From the NCBI GenBank assembly GCA_964016885.1, contig OZ024744.1, positions 122,884,001 through 122,948,000 on the forward strand: a DNA stretch of 64,000 bases, read 5' to 3'. A program made the translations under genes and the position numbers. The notes beneath the pieces are model-generated. The model worked only from the letters and a program-made list of their open reading frames with translations. It was not told where the DNA came from and searched no databases. Source of the stretch: Eledone cirrhosa. Taxonomy: Eukaryota. Of the stretch, positions 22,907-35,600 are shown piece after piece. Position 1 is the first letter of the stretch. The number at the start of each line of letters is the position of its first letter.

Positions 22907-23451
22907 ATATGTGAGTGTGTATATATATATACACACAGGATGATGATGATGATGATGATGATGATATATGTGAGTGTGTACATATATATACACAAACATA
23001 TATATATACGTTTAAATTTGGGGTTTCACCACTGAGAAGTATTGGTCATTCTGCAATGTTAACCATGCGGTAGTAGTAGGAAAGCAGTCAACGTTACGCA
23101 ACTCATCCATCTTTGATGTTGAATCCTGCTGGTGGTGCAAGAATGGAGTTAAAAATTATATTATAGAGTAAAATGACAGGATGGTAGACAGTTTGAATTC
23201 CTTCAATTATTTTTTTCTGTAAACACTATGCACATTTCAGTGGCCAGCTTAAGTATGAACCTGGTGACACCATCAGGTGGATATTGCATAATAGTTATAT
23301 ACCAAAGGAATTATGGTAAACACATTCAGACAGGTTTTAATGAAAAAGCAGAAAAGAAGGCGGACATAAACAGGCAAAATTGATCGTCTTTGAGTCAAAA
23401 CCAAAAAAAAACATTTTTTTATTTGTATTTTTTTCTTCTCTGCTTTCTTCT

Positions 23452-26400
23452 CTGAAAGGGTTAATGACATAGATTAGAAATACGGTAATGAAAGAGTTAA
23501 TGACATAGACAATGTCTTTCATTAGAAATGTGGTAGTGAAAGGGTTAATGACATAGACAGGGTCTTTCATTAGATATACAGTAATGAAAGGGTTAATGAC
23601 AGACAGTGACTTTCATTAGAAACATGGTAATAAAAGGGTTAATGACATAGACAGTGTCTTTCAATAGAAATATGGTAAGGAAAGTGTTAATGACATAGAC
23701 AGTATCTATCATAAGAAACATGGTAATAAAAGGGTTAATGACATAGACAGTGTCTTTCAATAGAAATAAGGTAAGGAAAGGGTTAATGGCATAGACAGTG
23801 TCTTTCATTAGAAATATGGTAATGAAAGGGTTAATGACATACAAGGTGTCTTTCATTAGAAATGTGATAATGAAAGAGTTAATGTCATAGACAGTGTCTT
23901 TCATTAGAAATATGGTAATGAAAGGGTTAATGAAATACAAAGTGTCTTTCATTAGAAATGTGATAATGAAACAGTTAATGACATAGACAGTATCTTTCAT
24001 TAGAAATATGGTAATGAAAGGGTTAATGACACAGACAGTGTCGTTCATTAGAAACATGGAAATGAAAGGGTTAATGGCATAGAGAGTGTTTTTCATTAGA
24101 AATATGGTAATGATAGGGTTAATGACATAGACAGTGTCTCTCATTAGAAATTTGATGATGAAAGGTTTAATGACATAGACAGTGTCTTTCATTAGAAATA
24201 TGGTAATGAAAGGGTTAATGACGTAGACAGTGTCATTCATTAGAAATATGGTAATGAAAGGGATAATCACATAGACAGTGTCTTTCATTAGAAATATGGT
24301 AATGAAAGGGTTAATGACGTAGACAGTGTCTTTCATTAGAAATATGGTAATGAAAGGGCTGATGACATAAACAGTGTCTTTCATTAGAAATATGGTAATG
24401 AAAGGGTTAATGACATAACAGTGTCTTTCATTAGAAATATGGTAATGAAAGGGTTAATGACATAGACAGTGTCTTTCATTAGAAATATGGTAATGAAAGT
24501 GTTAATGACATAACAGTGTCTTTCATTAGAAATATGGTAATGAAAGGGTTAATGACATAGGGAGTGTCTTTCATTAGAAATATGGTAATGAAAGGGTTAA
24601 TGACATAGACAGTGTCATTCATTAGAAATATGGTAATGAAAGGGTTAATGACATAGACAGTGTCTTTCATTAGAAATATGGTAATGAAAGGGTTAATGAC
24701 GTAGACAGTGTCTTTCATTAGAAATATGGTAATGAAAGGGTTAATAACATAGACAGTGTCTTTCATTAGAAATATGGTAATGAAAGGGTTAATGACATAG
24801 ACAGTGTCTTTCATTAGAAATATGGTAATGAAAGGGTTAATGACATAACAGTGTCTTTCATTAGAAATATGGTAATGAAAGGATTAATGACATAGACAGT
24901 GTCTTTCATTAGAAATATGGTAATGAAAGGGTTAATGACATAACAGTGTTTTTCAATAGAAATATGGTAATGAAAGGGTTAATTATATAGAGAGTGTCTT
25001 TCATTAGAAATATGGTAATGAAAGGGTTAATGACCTAGACAGTGTCTTTCATTAGAAATATGGTAATGAAAGGGTTAATGACATACAAAGTGTCTTTCAT
25101 TAGAAATGTGATAATGAAAGGGTTAATGGCATAGAGAGTGTTTTTCATTAGAAATATGGTAATGAAAGGGTTAATAACATAAACAGTGTCTTTCATTAGA
25201 AATATGGTAATGATAGGGTTAATGACATAGAGAGTGTCTTTCATTAGAAATTTGATAATGAAAGGTTTAATGGCATAGACAGTGTCTTTCATTAGAAATA
25301 TGGTAATGAAAGGGTTACTGACATAGAGAGTGTATTTAATTAGAAATATGTTAATGAAAGGGTTAATGACAGACAGTGTCTTTCATTAAAAATGTGGTAA
25401 TGATAGGGTTAATGACATAGACAGTGTCTTTCATTAGAAATATGGTAATGAAAGTGTTACTGACATAGAGAGTGTATTTAATTAGAAATATGTTAATGAA
25501 AGGGTTAATGACATAGAGAGTGTCTTTCATTAGAAATATGGTAATGAAAAGTTTAATGACGTAGACAGTGTCTTTCATTAGAAATATGGTAATGAAAGGG
25601 TTAATCACATAGACAGTGTCTTTCATTAGAAATATGGTAATGAAAGGGCTGATGACATAAACAGTGTCTTTCATTAGAAATATGGTAATGAAAGGGTTAA
25701 TGACATAGACAGTGTCTTTCATTAGAAATATGGTAATGAAAGGGTTAATGACATAACAGTGTCTTTCATTAGAAATATGGTAATGAAAGGGTTAATGACA
25801 TAGACAGTGTCTTTCATTAGAAATATGGTAATAAAAGGGTTAATGACATAACAGTGTTTTTCATTAGAAATATGGTAATGAAAGGGTTAATGATATAGAG
25901 AGTGTCTTTCATTAGAAATATGGTAATGAAAGGGTTAATGACCTAGACAGTGTCTTTCATTAGAAATATGGTAATGAAAGGGTTAATGACATAGACAGTG
26001 TCTTTCATTAGAAATATGGTAATGAAAGGGTTACTGACATAGAGAGTGTATTTAATTAGAAATATGTTAATGAAAGGGTTAAATTCATAGACAGTGTCTT
26101 TCATTAAAAATATGGTAATGAAAGGTTAATAACATAGACAGTGTCTTTCATTAGAAATATGGTAATGAAAGGGTCAATGATATAGAGAGTGTCTTTCATT
26201 AGAAATATGGTAATGAAAGGGTTAATGACCTAGACAGTGTCTTTCATTAGAAATATGGTAATGAAAGGGTTAATGGCACAAAGCTTGTTTTTTATTAGAA
26301 ATACGGTAATGAAATTTTTTATGACGTAGACAGTGTCTTTCATTAGAAATATGGTAATGAAAGGGTTAATGCCATAGACAGTGTCTTTCATTAGAAATAT

Positions 26401-27603
26401 GGCAATGAAAGGGTTAATGACATACACAGTATCTTTCATTAGATATATGGTAATGAAAGGGTTAATGACATAGCCAGTGTCTTTCATTAGAAATATGGTA
26501 ATGAAATGGTTAATGACATAGACTGTCTTTCATTAGAAATATAGTAATGAAATGGTTAATGTCATAGACAGTGTCTTTCATTAGTAATATGGTAATGAAT
26601 GGGTTAATGACATAGTCAGTGTCTTTCATTGGAAATATGTTAATGAATGGGTTATTGACATATGTAGTGTCTTTCATTAGAATATGGTAATGAAAGCGTT
26701 AATGTCATAGAGAGTGTCTTTCATTAGAAATATGGTAATGAAAGGGTTAATGACATAGACAGTGTTTTTCATTAGAAATATGGTAATGAAAGGGTTAATG
26801 ACATAGAGAGTGTCTTTCATTAGAAATATGATAATAAAAGGGTGAATGACATAGACAGTGTCTTTCATTAGAAATATGGTAATGAAAGGGTTAATGACAC
26901 ATTAGAAATATGATAATGAAGGTTTTAATGAAGTAGACATTGTCCTTCATCAGAAATATGATAATTAAATGTTTAATGACATAGACAGTGTCTTTCATTA
27001 GAAACTTGGTAATGAAAGGGTTAATGTCATAGACAGTGTCTTTCATTAGAAATATGGTGATGAAAGGGTTAATGGCATAGACTGTGTCTTTCATTAGAAA
27101 TATGGTAATGAAAGGGTTAATGACATAGACAGTGTCTTTCTTTAGAAACATGGTAATGAAAGGGTTAATGATACAAACAGTGTCTTTCATTAGAAATATG
27201 GTGATGAAAGGGTAATGGCATAGACAGTGTCTCTCATTAGATATATGGTAATGAAAGGGTTAATGACATAGTCAGTGTCTTTCATTAGATATATGGTAAT
27301 GAAAGGATTAATGTCATAGACAGTGTCTTTCATTAGAAATATGGTAATGGAAGGGTTAATGACATAGACAGTGTCTTTCATTTGAAATATGCTAATGAAA
27401 GGGTTAATGACATAGTGTCTTTCAATACAAATATAGAAATGAAAGGATTAATGACATAGACAGTGTCTTTCATTAGAAATATGGTAATGAAAGGTTTAAT
27501 GACATAGCCAGTGTCTTTCATTAGAAATATAGTCATGAAAGGGTTAATGACAGAGATAGTGTCTTTCATTGAAAAATATGGTACTGAAAGGGTTAAATAT
27601 ATA
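23452..27603. repeat. 48-bp satellite DNA, left block
   Basis: Consensus GACAGTGTCTTTCATTAGAAATATGGTAATGAAAGGGTTAATGACATA in tandem. Confidence 0.98.
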
Positions 27604-27867
27604 TATTTCCTTTATTTGCCACTAGGGCATCAAAAGTGGGACAAGTACAAAGGGGGGAGTTTACACAAAAAGGCGTCCTCAATAAGGAGAAGGCAATAAC
27701 AAAATATAAAAATAAAATAAGATATAACAAAAAATAAAATTTTTAACAAAATCCTCAATAGAGAGGAGGCGCCTTGGGGGGTCGCACACACCCCCGAAAA
27801 AAGTGTGCAACCCTTCTCCTCAGGAGCACAGAGAAGGGGTGCTCCCTTGGTCTTTCATCTTCCTCAC

Positions 27868-30661
27868 CTATAGTCTGATGTAGAGTGAAGGCCCATTCAC
27901 ACGGGCCATTCTCGCCACTTTCACCCATCTTTCATAGAAACGGCTGGGGTGCAGCACCTCTCTCTCCATCCTGATCCTTCTTCCGAAATGATATCGGAAG
28001 AAACGGACCAGTTGTTGGCCAGAGAGAAAGGTGCCCGACCTCAGTCCTTTCAGACGCGTCCACCATACAACCTCTTTCGCCATGGCTATTACGCACAGAA
28101 ACACCGCCTCTGCTTCATCTTTGAAGGGGGGAGGCGGCTTGATCATTACAATAGACTCGGTGGTCAACCGGATCGGTCCCACCCTTGACAGCAGTTGTTC
28201 GACATAGCCCCACAGATCGGCTACGCCCGAGCAGTGTACTAATGCGTGTGCAACGGTTTCCTCGTCGCACACGCATCTGGGACAGATCTTTTTGGCGGGG
28301 TCCCTACCCGGGCGCCCGTGTCTGTAGAGCCTTTCTCGAACGGGTAAAGCCCCTCGGTAGCACTGCCAGGCCAGGGACTTCTGGAAGTTGTCCATAGGTC
28401 CCGGGCTGAATGTCCTACCGAACAGGCTGGCCAGTTCGTCCTCCTCCATGTCTAGGGCTTCTCCGAGGGCGTCGTCGCACCTGCTGCGTACCAGCCCTCT
28501 ATAGAATGTTGCGGTGGAGTCTCCACTGATAACCGGATCCGCCTGCCAGAGGGCGGTGAGCGCCTGGGCACACTCAGTGTGCCAGGCGCCCAGTTTTCTC
28601 GGTCTTTGCTTGACCCAGGATTGCAGCTCGGTGAGTGAGACGAGTCTGGGAAAGGTTCGTCTCACAAACGAGGCCCACACCGGTTGTCCGGTGAGGAATA
28701 CGTAGAGGTGCCGTAGCCTTAATGCGTGTTTACGCATCATTAGCCACGGCATCCCGAGAGGTAGCCGTTCACCTTGACCCTAGAGCAGATGCGGCCGCTG
28801 TGCATAGCAGTGATCCAGCCCCTGAAAACGGGTCCGAAGCCTGCCGCCGCTAGCACCGCATCCAGGTAACCATGGTCGACCCTATCGAACGCCTTAGATT
28901 GATCCAAGTTGATCAGAGCCCCACCAAAGCCGGGTTCGTTCCCAACCCTCCCTATGATGTATCGCATGAGGTGGAGGTTGTCATGGATGGACCTGGACGG
29001 GATAGCGCATGTCTGCGCATCTCCCACCAGGTTGCCCACGACAAGCGCCAACCTCTTTGCTAGCACCTTGGCCAAAATCTGTAACTCTGTATTTAGCAGT
29101 GTTATGGGCCTGAAGTTACTTATTTCGTCCCCCTTGTTCTCGTCCTTCCTCACTAGCGTGACTACGCCCTTGGTCACAGTACAGGGAATTCTCCCGTTCT
29201 GTTGCCAGTTGCAGTAGACCGCCTCGAGGAGATCGGGGAACAAGTCCGGCATAGCTAGATATAATTCGTAAGGAAGACCATCGAGACCCGGGGATTTGCG
29301 TTTGCCGCATTGGCTCAGCACGTCCTCTATCTCAGCGGCTGAAATCGGCTCCTCGCAGGACTTCGCCTCCCTGTCCGAGAGGCGCGGCAGGCCGTCGAGG
29401 TATGGACCGAAGTCCACGTTCCCAACCGGCTCCCCGCCCCTCCCGAACAGTCGGGCAAAGTGCCTTTGAAAGGCCTCACACATCTGCTTAGGCTCAAGAA
29501 TCGCCCGTCCATCCAGGTCTCGCAAAGACCGGATGGTGGATTTAGTTCCACTGTTGGCCTCTGTCACGCGGGCCCAGCTAACAGCTTTGGTCCCCTCGTT
29601 CCCTAGAGCACGTATTTTACTTCGGACAATGCAGCCTTCGTGCTTCGCGTCGAAAAACTGGCTCAAAGCCGTTCTCGACGCTAGCACTCTGGCCACGTCG
29701 CCGCTTCTAATTGCCTCTTCTACTCTATCTATTAGCTCCCTTTCCTTCCTATTCCTATCCGCAGCTAGAACCTTACTAAATTCTATCGAGACTACTCTAA
29801 TCTCTCTCTTTAGAGATACCCACCACCTGCTGTTGACGATCGCTCCAGTCAACCGTTCCTTAACTAACGTACTAATCCGATTCCTGTAGGCTCTACTTGC
29901 CGGCAAGGACAAGTTGAGCTTCCAGTAACCGGGGCCCTGTCTATGAGTTCTGTCAAGGTTGACCATGCAGGTCACTAATTTGTGGTCTGAATAGCCAACA
30001 ATGCGCATTTTTGGACAACTTAAAAAGTCCTTATCCTTAATTCTAACTAAGAACCTATCTAGGTACGACCTAGATGATCCGCTACGATTTGCCCAATCCA
30101 GGTTGGCGCAGTCGGAAAATCTAGTCGATATCTATCGGCCAGGTCAAATCGACCGATTAACCCTTTGAGGCTATTACACCCCTCTCTATCGGGGCAGGCC
30201 CCTACGTAGTCCCAGCGTGCATCTAGGATACCATTCCAGTCCCCCACTAATAGCAAGGAGCGGGACGTCCCTAGAAAAGTCTCCAGACGATGGAAGAAGT
30301 CCGGCCGCATTGACCCGAAAGGGCCGTAGGCGGCTACCAACCTAAACGCTCCGCCTTTACCACTGCCAAGGTCCAGAACCACTAGTCGACCCTCCGGGTC
30401 CAAATGTACCATCTGTGTTGCGAGACCCAGATGTTTTTGCAGCAGAACGACAACTCCACCCCCACCTCCGGGCTGACAGAGAGATGCGTGCATCTCAAAG
30501 TCATCAAAGGTGGGGGCCAGCTGTCGCACGTTGCTGATCCGGGCCTCGCAAATAACCATCACATCTATACGTTGTGTCCTGAGGTCATTTAGAAGCATTG
30601 CTTGCTTCCAAGTTGAGCCCAGGCCACGCGCATTTAAACAGCCTACTCTTAGCATAGCCAT
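27868..30661 (-). pseudogene. ORF2 of copy 4: frameshift in APE and ~640-bp deletion of the RT core
   Basis: Starts MAMLRVGCLNARGLG; frameshift near 30095; VNGYLS joined directly to GMPWLMM at 28755/28756, so QGCPLS and YADD are missing relative to copy 2. Confidence 0.9.
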
Positions 30662-30685
30662 GTTGGTGGTGAAGAGAAAAGGCAC

Positions 30686-32473
30686 TTACCTCTCTGCGTC
30701 CCGGGTATCGGGCTGCACAATTTCCATTAGGGTGGGGGGTGGGTTGTTGGGTGGGGTGGTGGTTTGTGGAAGTGTGGGGGCATCAGTGTGTTGTGTGGTT
30801 GGGGAGCTTGGAGTTGTGAGGGTGTTTGGGGAGGGGGTGGGATAGTTTTTTAGGAGGACGCGGTTAATGGGCCCGACGCAGGGGGGACCCACGTCCTCTT
30901 TAAAATTGTTTTTTAAAGTTTTATAGGTGTCCTGTGGGGCCTTAATCATTTTGAGGTGGGGGAAATCCCCTGCCTGGGTGAAGTTAGGCCCTTGTGTTTT
31001 TATTAGATTGTTGTTGTACACAATGTTTAACAGTTTTTTGTTTCTTGTATTTATGTATGTGTATGCATGTTTTTGTTTTTGTGTGGTGTTTTTTGTTTGC
31101 TGTTGTGAGCTCTTTTGTGTTGGTGTCAGTGTTATGTTTTGGGGAGGGTTTTTTTTCATTTGTGTGTCTGAGGTGTGTTTTCTTTTTTTTCTTTTGATTG
31201 TGTGGAAGTGCTCCTCCTCGTCTGACGACGAACTAGGATCATCTTCCGCGTTGGAGGGGAGGGGTATATTTTCGGGTTGTGTTTGCGGTACGGGTGTTTT
31301 GGAAATTGTTTTTGTTTTTTGAGTGGAGGGGATGGGTTGGACATTGTTTTGTTTTGGTTTGAGCTGTGGTGGTTGTTTTTGTAGTGGTAGTTGTGGTGAT
31401 TGTGTTGGTTGTGCAGTTGTTGGTGGTGTAGGCAGGATTGGGGTTTTCTTATTAAGTTGGGGACAGACAGCCCTCAGGTGACCTCTGGTTCCGCAGAGGT
31501 AACACGAGGGCCGTCTACCCTCAACGGTAATGTTGATGAAGGTTAGATCATCCAGTATGACGCGTTCAGGGATCTGGGCGATCCTTTCGGGCCTCATTTG
31601 AACTACAAGTTCGAGGCTCGTTCCACTGAACGCGTCACCCGATGCCTTTCCCATGGACACCAGCATGTCATCCTCCAGGTCCAGAAAACCTGTCAAAACC
31701 CACCATATGTCCATAATCGGCAGGATGGTGTGGATTTTTATTTTTTGTGTTCTTCTACCCATGTACGTAGGGTAGAAGGTGTATGCGGTGGATGTGATTG
31801 GTTTGATGGACAGTTTCACTGCTGTGTCCCTGTCCTTCATGAGAATGGATAGACTCCCGTAGAGTCTATCCTTCTGAATGAAGGTGATGTCCTTCATGAC
31901 GTCTTTTAAAACCAGCTCTATCTCGCTCTGTGATGGTTGAGCTGGTTTTTTACTTTTGTTCGAGATTGTCCTAAACATGACCGTGTTTAGGAGTCTCTGG
32001 CTTTTTAGTTCCGGGGGGGAATGGATTGTGAATGAACCATTTTCCCCGTACACTATATATTTTTTCGCATCCGCCAGTAGCTTCTTCGCTTTTGTTATAT
32101 CTACTGGCAGATAGTCGAGGGTTTTCCTTGTCGTCTCGGCGAAGGAGAAATTTTGTTTGTTTGTGTTGTTGTTATCGTTGGTGGTGTTGTTGTTATCATT
32201 GTTGTTGTTGTCACCGTTATTGGTCTTGTTGTTGTTATTGTTATTGTTATTGGTGTTGCTTTCGTCCGTGGCATTGTTGTTGTTGTTGCTGTTGCTGCTG
32301 GTTCTTGGGGTTGTTGCCATGGCAACGTCAAGTTGTCGGTTAACAGGTGGAGAGAATTCTTCCTCTGGCTGACCTATCTTCTTGACCTCTGCTACTGTGA
32401 CAGTGGCAGGGGGAAGCTGTAAGTTCATCTTCCCCTTTCCTCCTTCGAATTTTGGTGAAGAAGCTTCGGCCAT
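30686..32473 (-). CDS. ORF1 of copy 4 (595 aa, intact), CCHC zinc knuckle
   Basis: Asn-rich N-terminal region, central domain homologous to the other ORF1s (PTYMG, VEGRRP), CYLCGTRGHLRAVC, Pro/Thr/Gln-rich C-terminal half. Confidence 0.9.
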   Translation of the reverse strand: MAEASSPKFEGGKGKMNLQLPPATVTVAEVKKIGQPEEEFSPPVNRQLDVAMATTPRTSSNSNNNNNATDESNTNNNNNNNNKTNNGDNNNNDNNNTTNDNNNTNKQNFSFAETTRKTLDYLPVDITKAKKLLADAKKYIVYGENGSFTIHSPPELKSQRLLNTVMFRTISNKSKKPAQPSQSEIELVLKDVMKDITFIQKDRLYGSLSILMKDRDTAVKLSIKPITSTAYTFYPTYMGRRTQKIKIHTILPIMDIWWVLTGFLDLEDDMLVSMGKASGDAFSGTSLELVVQMRPERIAQIPERVILDDLTFINITVEGRRPSCYLCGTRGHLRAVCPQLNKKTPILPTPPTTAQPTQSPQLPLQKQPPQLKPKQNNVQPIPSTQKTKTISKTPVPQTQPENIPLPSNAEDDPSSSSDEEEHFHTIKRKKRKHTSDTQMKKNPPQNITLTPTQKSSQQQTKNTTQKQKHAYTYINTRNKKLLNIVYNNNLIKTQGPNFTQAGDFPHLKMIKAPQDTYKTLKNNFKEDVGPPCVGPINRVLLKNYPTPSPNTLTTPSSPTTQHTDAPTLPQTTTPPNNPPPTLMEIVQPDTRDAER

Positions 32474-32689
32474 TTAAAAAAATATTGACTTTTCAACAAG
32501 AAAAAACTTTTTTTTTAACTATTTCGCCTAAAGGCGTAGAATATTTTGAGAGACTGACCAGATCAAAGTTTGACCTGGCAGTCCCTCTACAAAATGGTAC
32601 AAAAATTAAAGTTATCAGACAAGAATTTCTATAGAAATTTAAACAGAACTTACTCAGACTCAGCAAGTTATACGCGTGTGTCCATCCCA

Positions 32690-35600
32690 AGACAGTGTAT
32701 TACATTAGAAATATGGTAATGAAAGGTTAAATGACAGTCTCTTTCATTAGAAATATGATAATGAATATTTTAATGACATAGACAGTGTCTTTCATTAGAA
32801 ATATGGTAATGAAAAGGTGAATGACTTAGACAGTGTCTTTTATTAGAAATATGGTAATGAAAGGGTTAATGACATAGACAGTGTCTTTTATTAGAAATAT
32901 GGTAATGAAAGGGTTAATGACATAGACAGTGTCTTTCATTAGAAATATGGTAATGAAAGGGTTAACGACATAGACATTGTCTTTCATTAGAAATATAATT
33001 AAAGGGTTAATGACATAGACAGTGTTTTTCATTAGAAATATGGTAATGAAAGGGTTAATAACATAAACAGTGTCTTTCATTAGAAATATGGTAATGATAG
33101 GGTTAATGACATAGAGAGTGTCTTTCATTAGAAATTTGATAATGAAAGGTTTAATGGCATAGACAGTGTCTTTCATTAGAAATATGGTAATGAAAGGGTT
33201 ACTGACATAGAGAGTGTATTTAATTAGAAATATGTTAATGAAAGGGTTAATGACATAGACAGTGTCTTTCATTAAAAATGTGGTAATGATAGGGTTAATG
33301 ACATAGACAGTGTCTTTCATTAGAAATATGGTAATGAAAGTGTTACTGACATAGAGAGTGTATTTAATTAGAAATATGTTAATGAAAGGGTTAATGACAT
33401 AGAGAGTGTCTTTCATTAGAAATATGGTAATGAAAAGTTTAATGACGTAGACAGTGTCTTTCATTAGAAATATGGTAATGAAAGGGTTAATCACATAGAC
33501 AGTGTCTTTCATTAGAAATATGGTAATGAAAGGGCTGATGACATAAACAGTGTCTTTCATTAGAAATATGGTAATGAAAGGGTTAATGACATAGACAGTG
33601 TCTTTCATTAGAAATATGGTAATGAAAGGGTTAATGACATAACAGTGTCTTTCATTAGAAATATGGTAATGAAAGGGTTAATGACATAGACAGTGTCTTT
33701 CATTAGAAATATGGTAATAAAAGGGTTAATGACATAACAGTGTTTTTCATTAGAAATATGGTAATGAAAGGGTTAATGATATAGAGAGTGTCTTTCATTA
33801 GAAATATGGTAATGAAAGGGTTAATGACCTAGACAGTGTCTTTCATTAGAAATATGGTAATGAAAGGGTTAATGACATAGACAGTGTCTTTCATTAGAAA
33901 TATGGTAATGAAAGGGTTAATGACATACAAAGTGTCTTTCATTAGAAATGTGATAATGAAAGGGTTAATGGCATAGACAGTGTCTTTCATTAGAAATATG
34001 GTAATGATAGGGTTAATGACATAGAGAGTGTCTTTCATTAGAAATGTGATAATGAAAGGTTTAATGGCATAGACAGTGTCTTTCATTAGAAATATGGTAA
34101 TGAAAGGGTTACTGACATAGAGAGTGTATTTAATTAGAAATATGTTAATGAAAGGGTTAAATACATAGACAGTGTCTTTCATTAAAAATATGGTAATGAA
34201 AGGTTAATAACATAGACAGTGTCTTTCATTAGAAATATGGTAATGAAAGGGCTGATGACATAAACAGTGTCTTTCATTAGAAATATGGTAATGAAAGGGT
34301 TAATGACATAACAGTGTCTTTCATTAGAAATATGGTAATGAAAGGGTTAATGACATAGACAGTGTCTTTCATTAGAAATATGGTAATGAAAGTGTTAATG
34401 ACATAACAGTGTCTTTCATTAGAAATATGGTAATGAAAAGGTTAATGACATAGGGAGTGTCTTTCATTAGAAATATGGTAATGAAAGGGTTAATGACATA
34501 GACAGTGTCACTCATTAGAAATATGGTAATGAAAGGGTTAATGACATAGACAGTGTCTTTCATTAGAAATATGGTAATGAAAGGGTTAATGACGTAGACA
34601 GTGTCTTTCATTAGAAATATGGTAATGAAAGGGTTAATCACATAGACAGTGTCTTTCATTAGAAATATGGTAATGAAAGGGTTAATGACATAGACAGTGT
34701 CTTTCATTAGAAATATGGTAATGAAAGGGTTAATGACATAACAGTGTCTTTCATTAGAAATATGGTAATGAAAGGATTAATGACATAGACAGTGTCTTTC
34801 ATTAGAAATATGGTAATGAAAGGGTTAATGACATAACAGTGTTTTTCAATAGAAATATGGTAATGAAAGGGTTAATTATATAGAGAGTGTCTTTCATTAG
34901 AAATATGGTAATGAAAGGGTTAATGACCTAGACAGTGTCTTTCATTAGAAATATGGTAATGAAAGGGTTAATGACATACAAAGTGTCTTTCATTAGAAAT
35001 GTGATAATGAAAGGGTTAATGGCATAGAGAGTGTTTTTCATTAGAAATATGGTAATGAAAGGGTTAATAACATAAACAGTGTCTTTCATTAGAAATATGG
35101 TAATGATAGGGTTAATGACATAGAGAGTGTCTTTCATTAGAAATTTGATAATGAAAGGTTTAATGGCATAGACAGTGTCTTTCATTAGAAATATGGTAAT
35201 GAAAGGGTTACTGACATAGAGAGTGTATTTAATTAGAAATATGTTAATGAAAGGGTTAATGACATAGACAGTGTCTTTCATCAAAAATGTGGTAATGATA
35301 GGGTTAATGACGTAGACAGTGTCTTTCATTAGAAATATGGTAATGAAAGTGTTACTGACATAGAGAGTGTATTTAATTAGAAATATGTTAATGAAAGGGT
35401 TAATGACATAGAGAGTGTCTTTCATTAGAAATATGGTAATGAAAAGTTTAATGACGTAGACAGTGTCTTTCATTAGAAATATGGTAATGAAAGGGTTAAT
35501 CACATAGACAGTGTCTTTCATTAGAAATATGGTAATGAAAGGGCTGATGACATAAACAGTGTCTTTCATTAGAAATATGGTAATGAAAGGATTAATGACA

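Larger units (their letters stand above)
27604..32689 (-). mobile_element. Tx1-like retrotransposon, copy 4 (divergent family) inserted in the satellite
   Basis: ORF1 + APE-RT ORF2; AATAAA at 27611-27616 followed by an (AT)n tail; flanks reconstitute the empty site seen at 39391-39430. Confidence 0.95.

Noticed and set aside
23020-23450. Possible host-gene exon(s) in unique sequence before the satellite
   Set aside because: Only short open frames, with no recognisable domain or paired splice sites.
28750-28760. RT-core deletion in copy 4 as a splicing product
   Set aside because: The homologous boundaries in copy 2 are not GT...AG; more likely microhomology deletion or template jump.
32640-32660. 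Donor-like motifs 30-45 nt from the Tx1 5' ends (GTAAGT here, GTAAGG in copies 1/2, AG|GTTTGT in copy 3) as a 5' UTR intron
   Set aside because: Motifs differ between families and no consistent acceptor precedes the ORF1 ATG.
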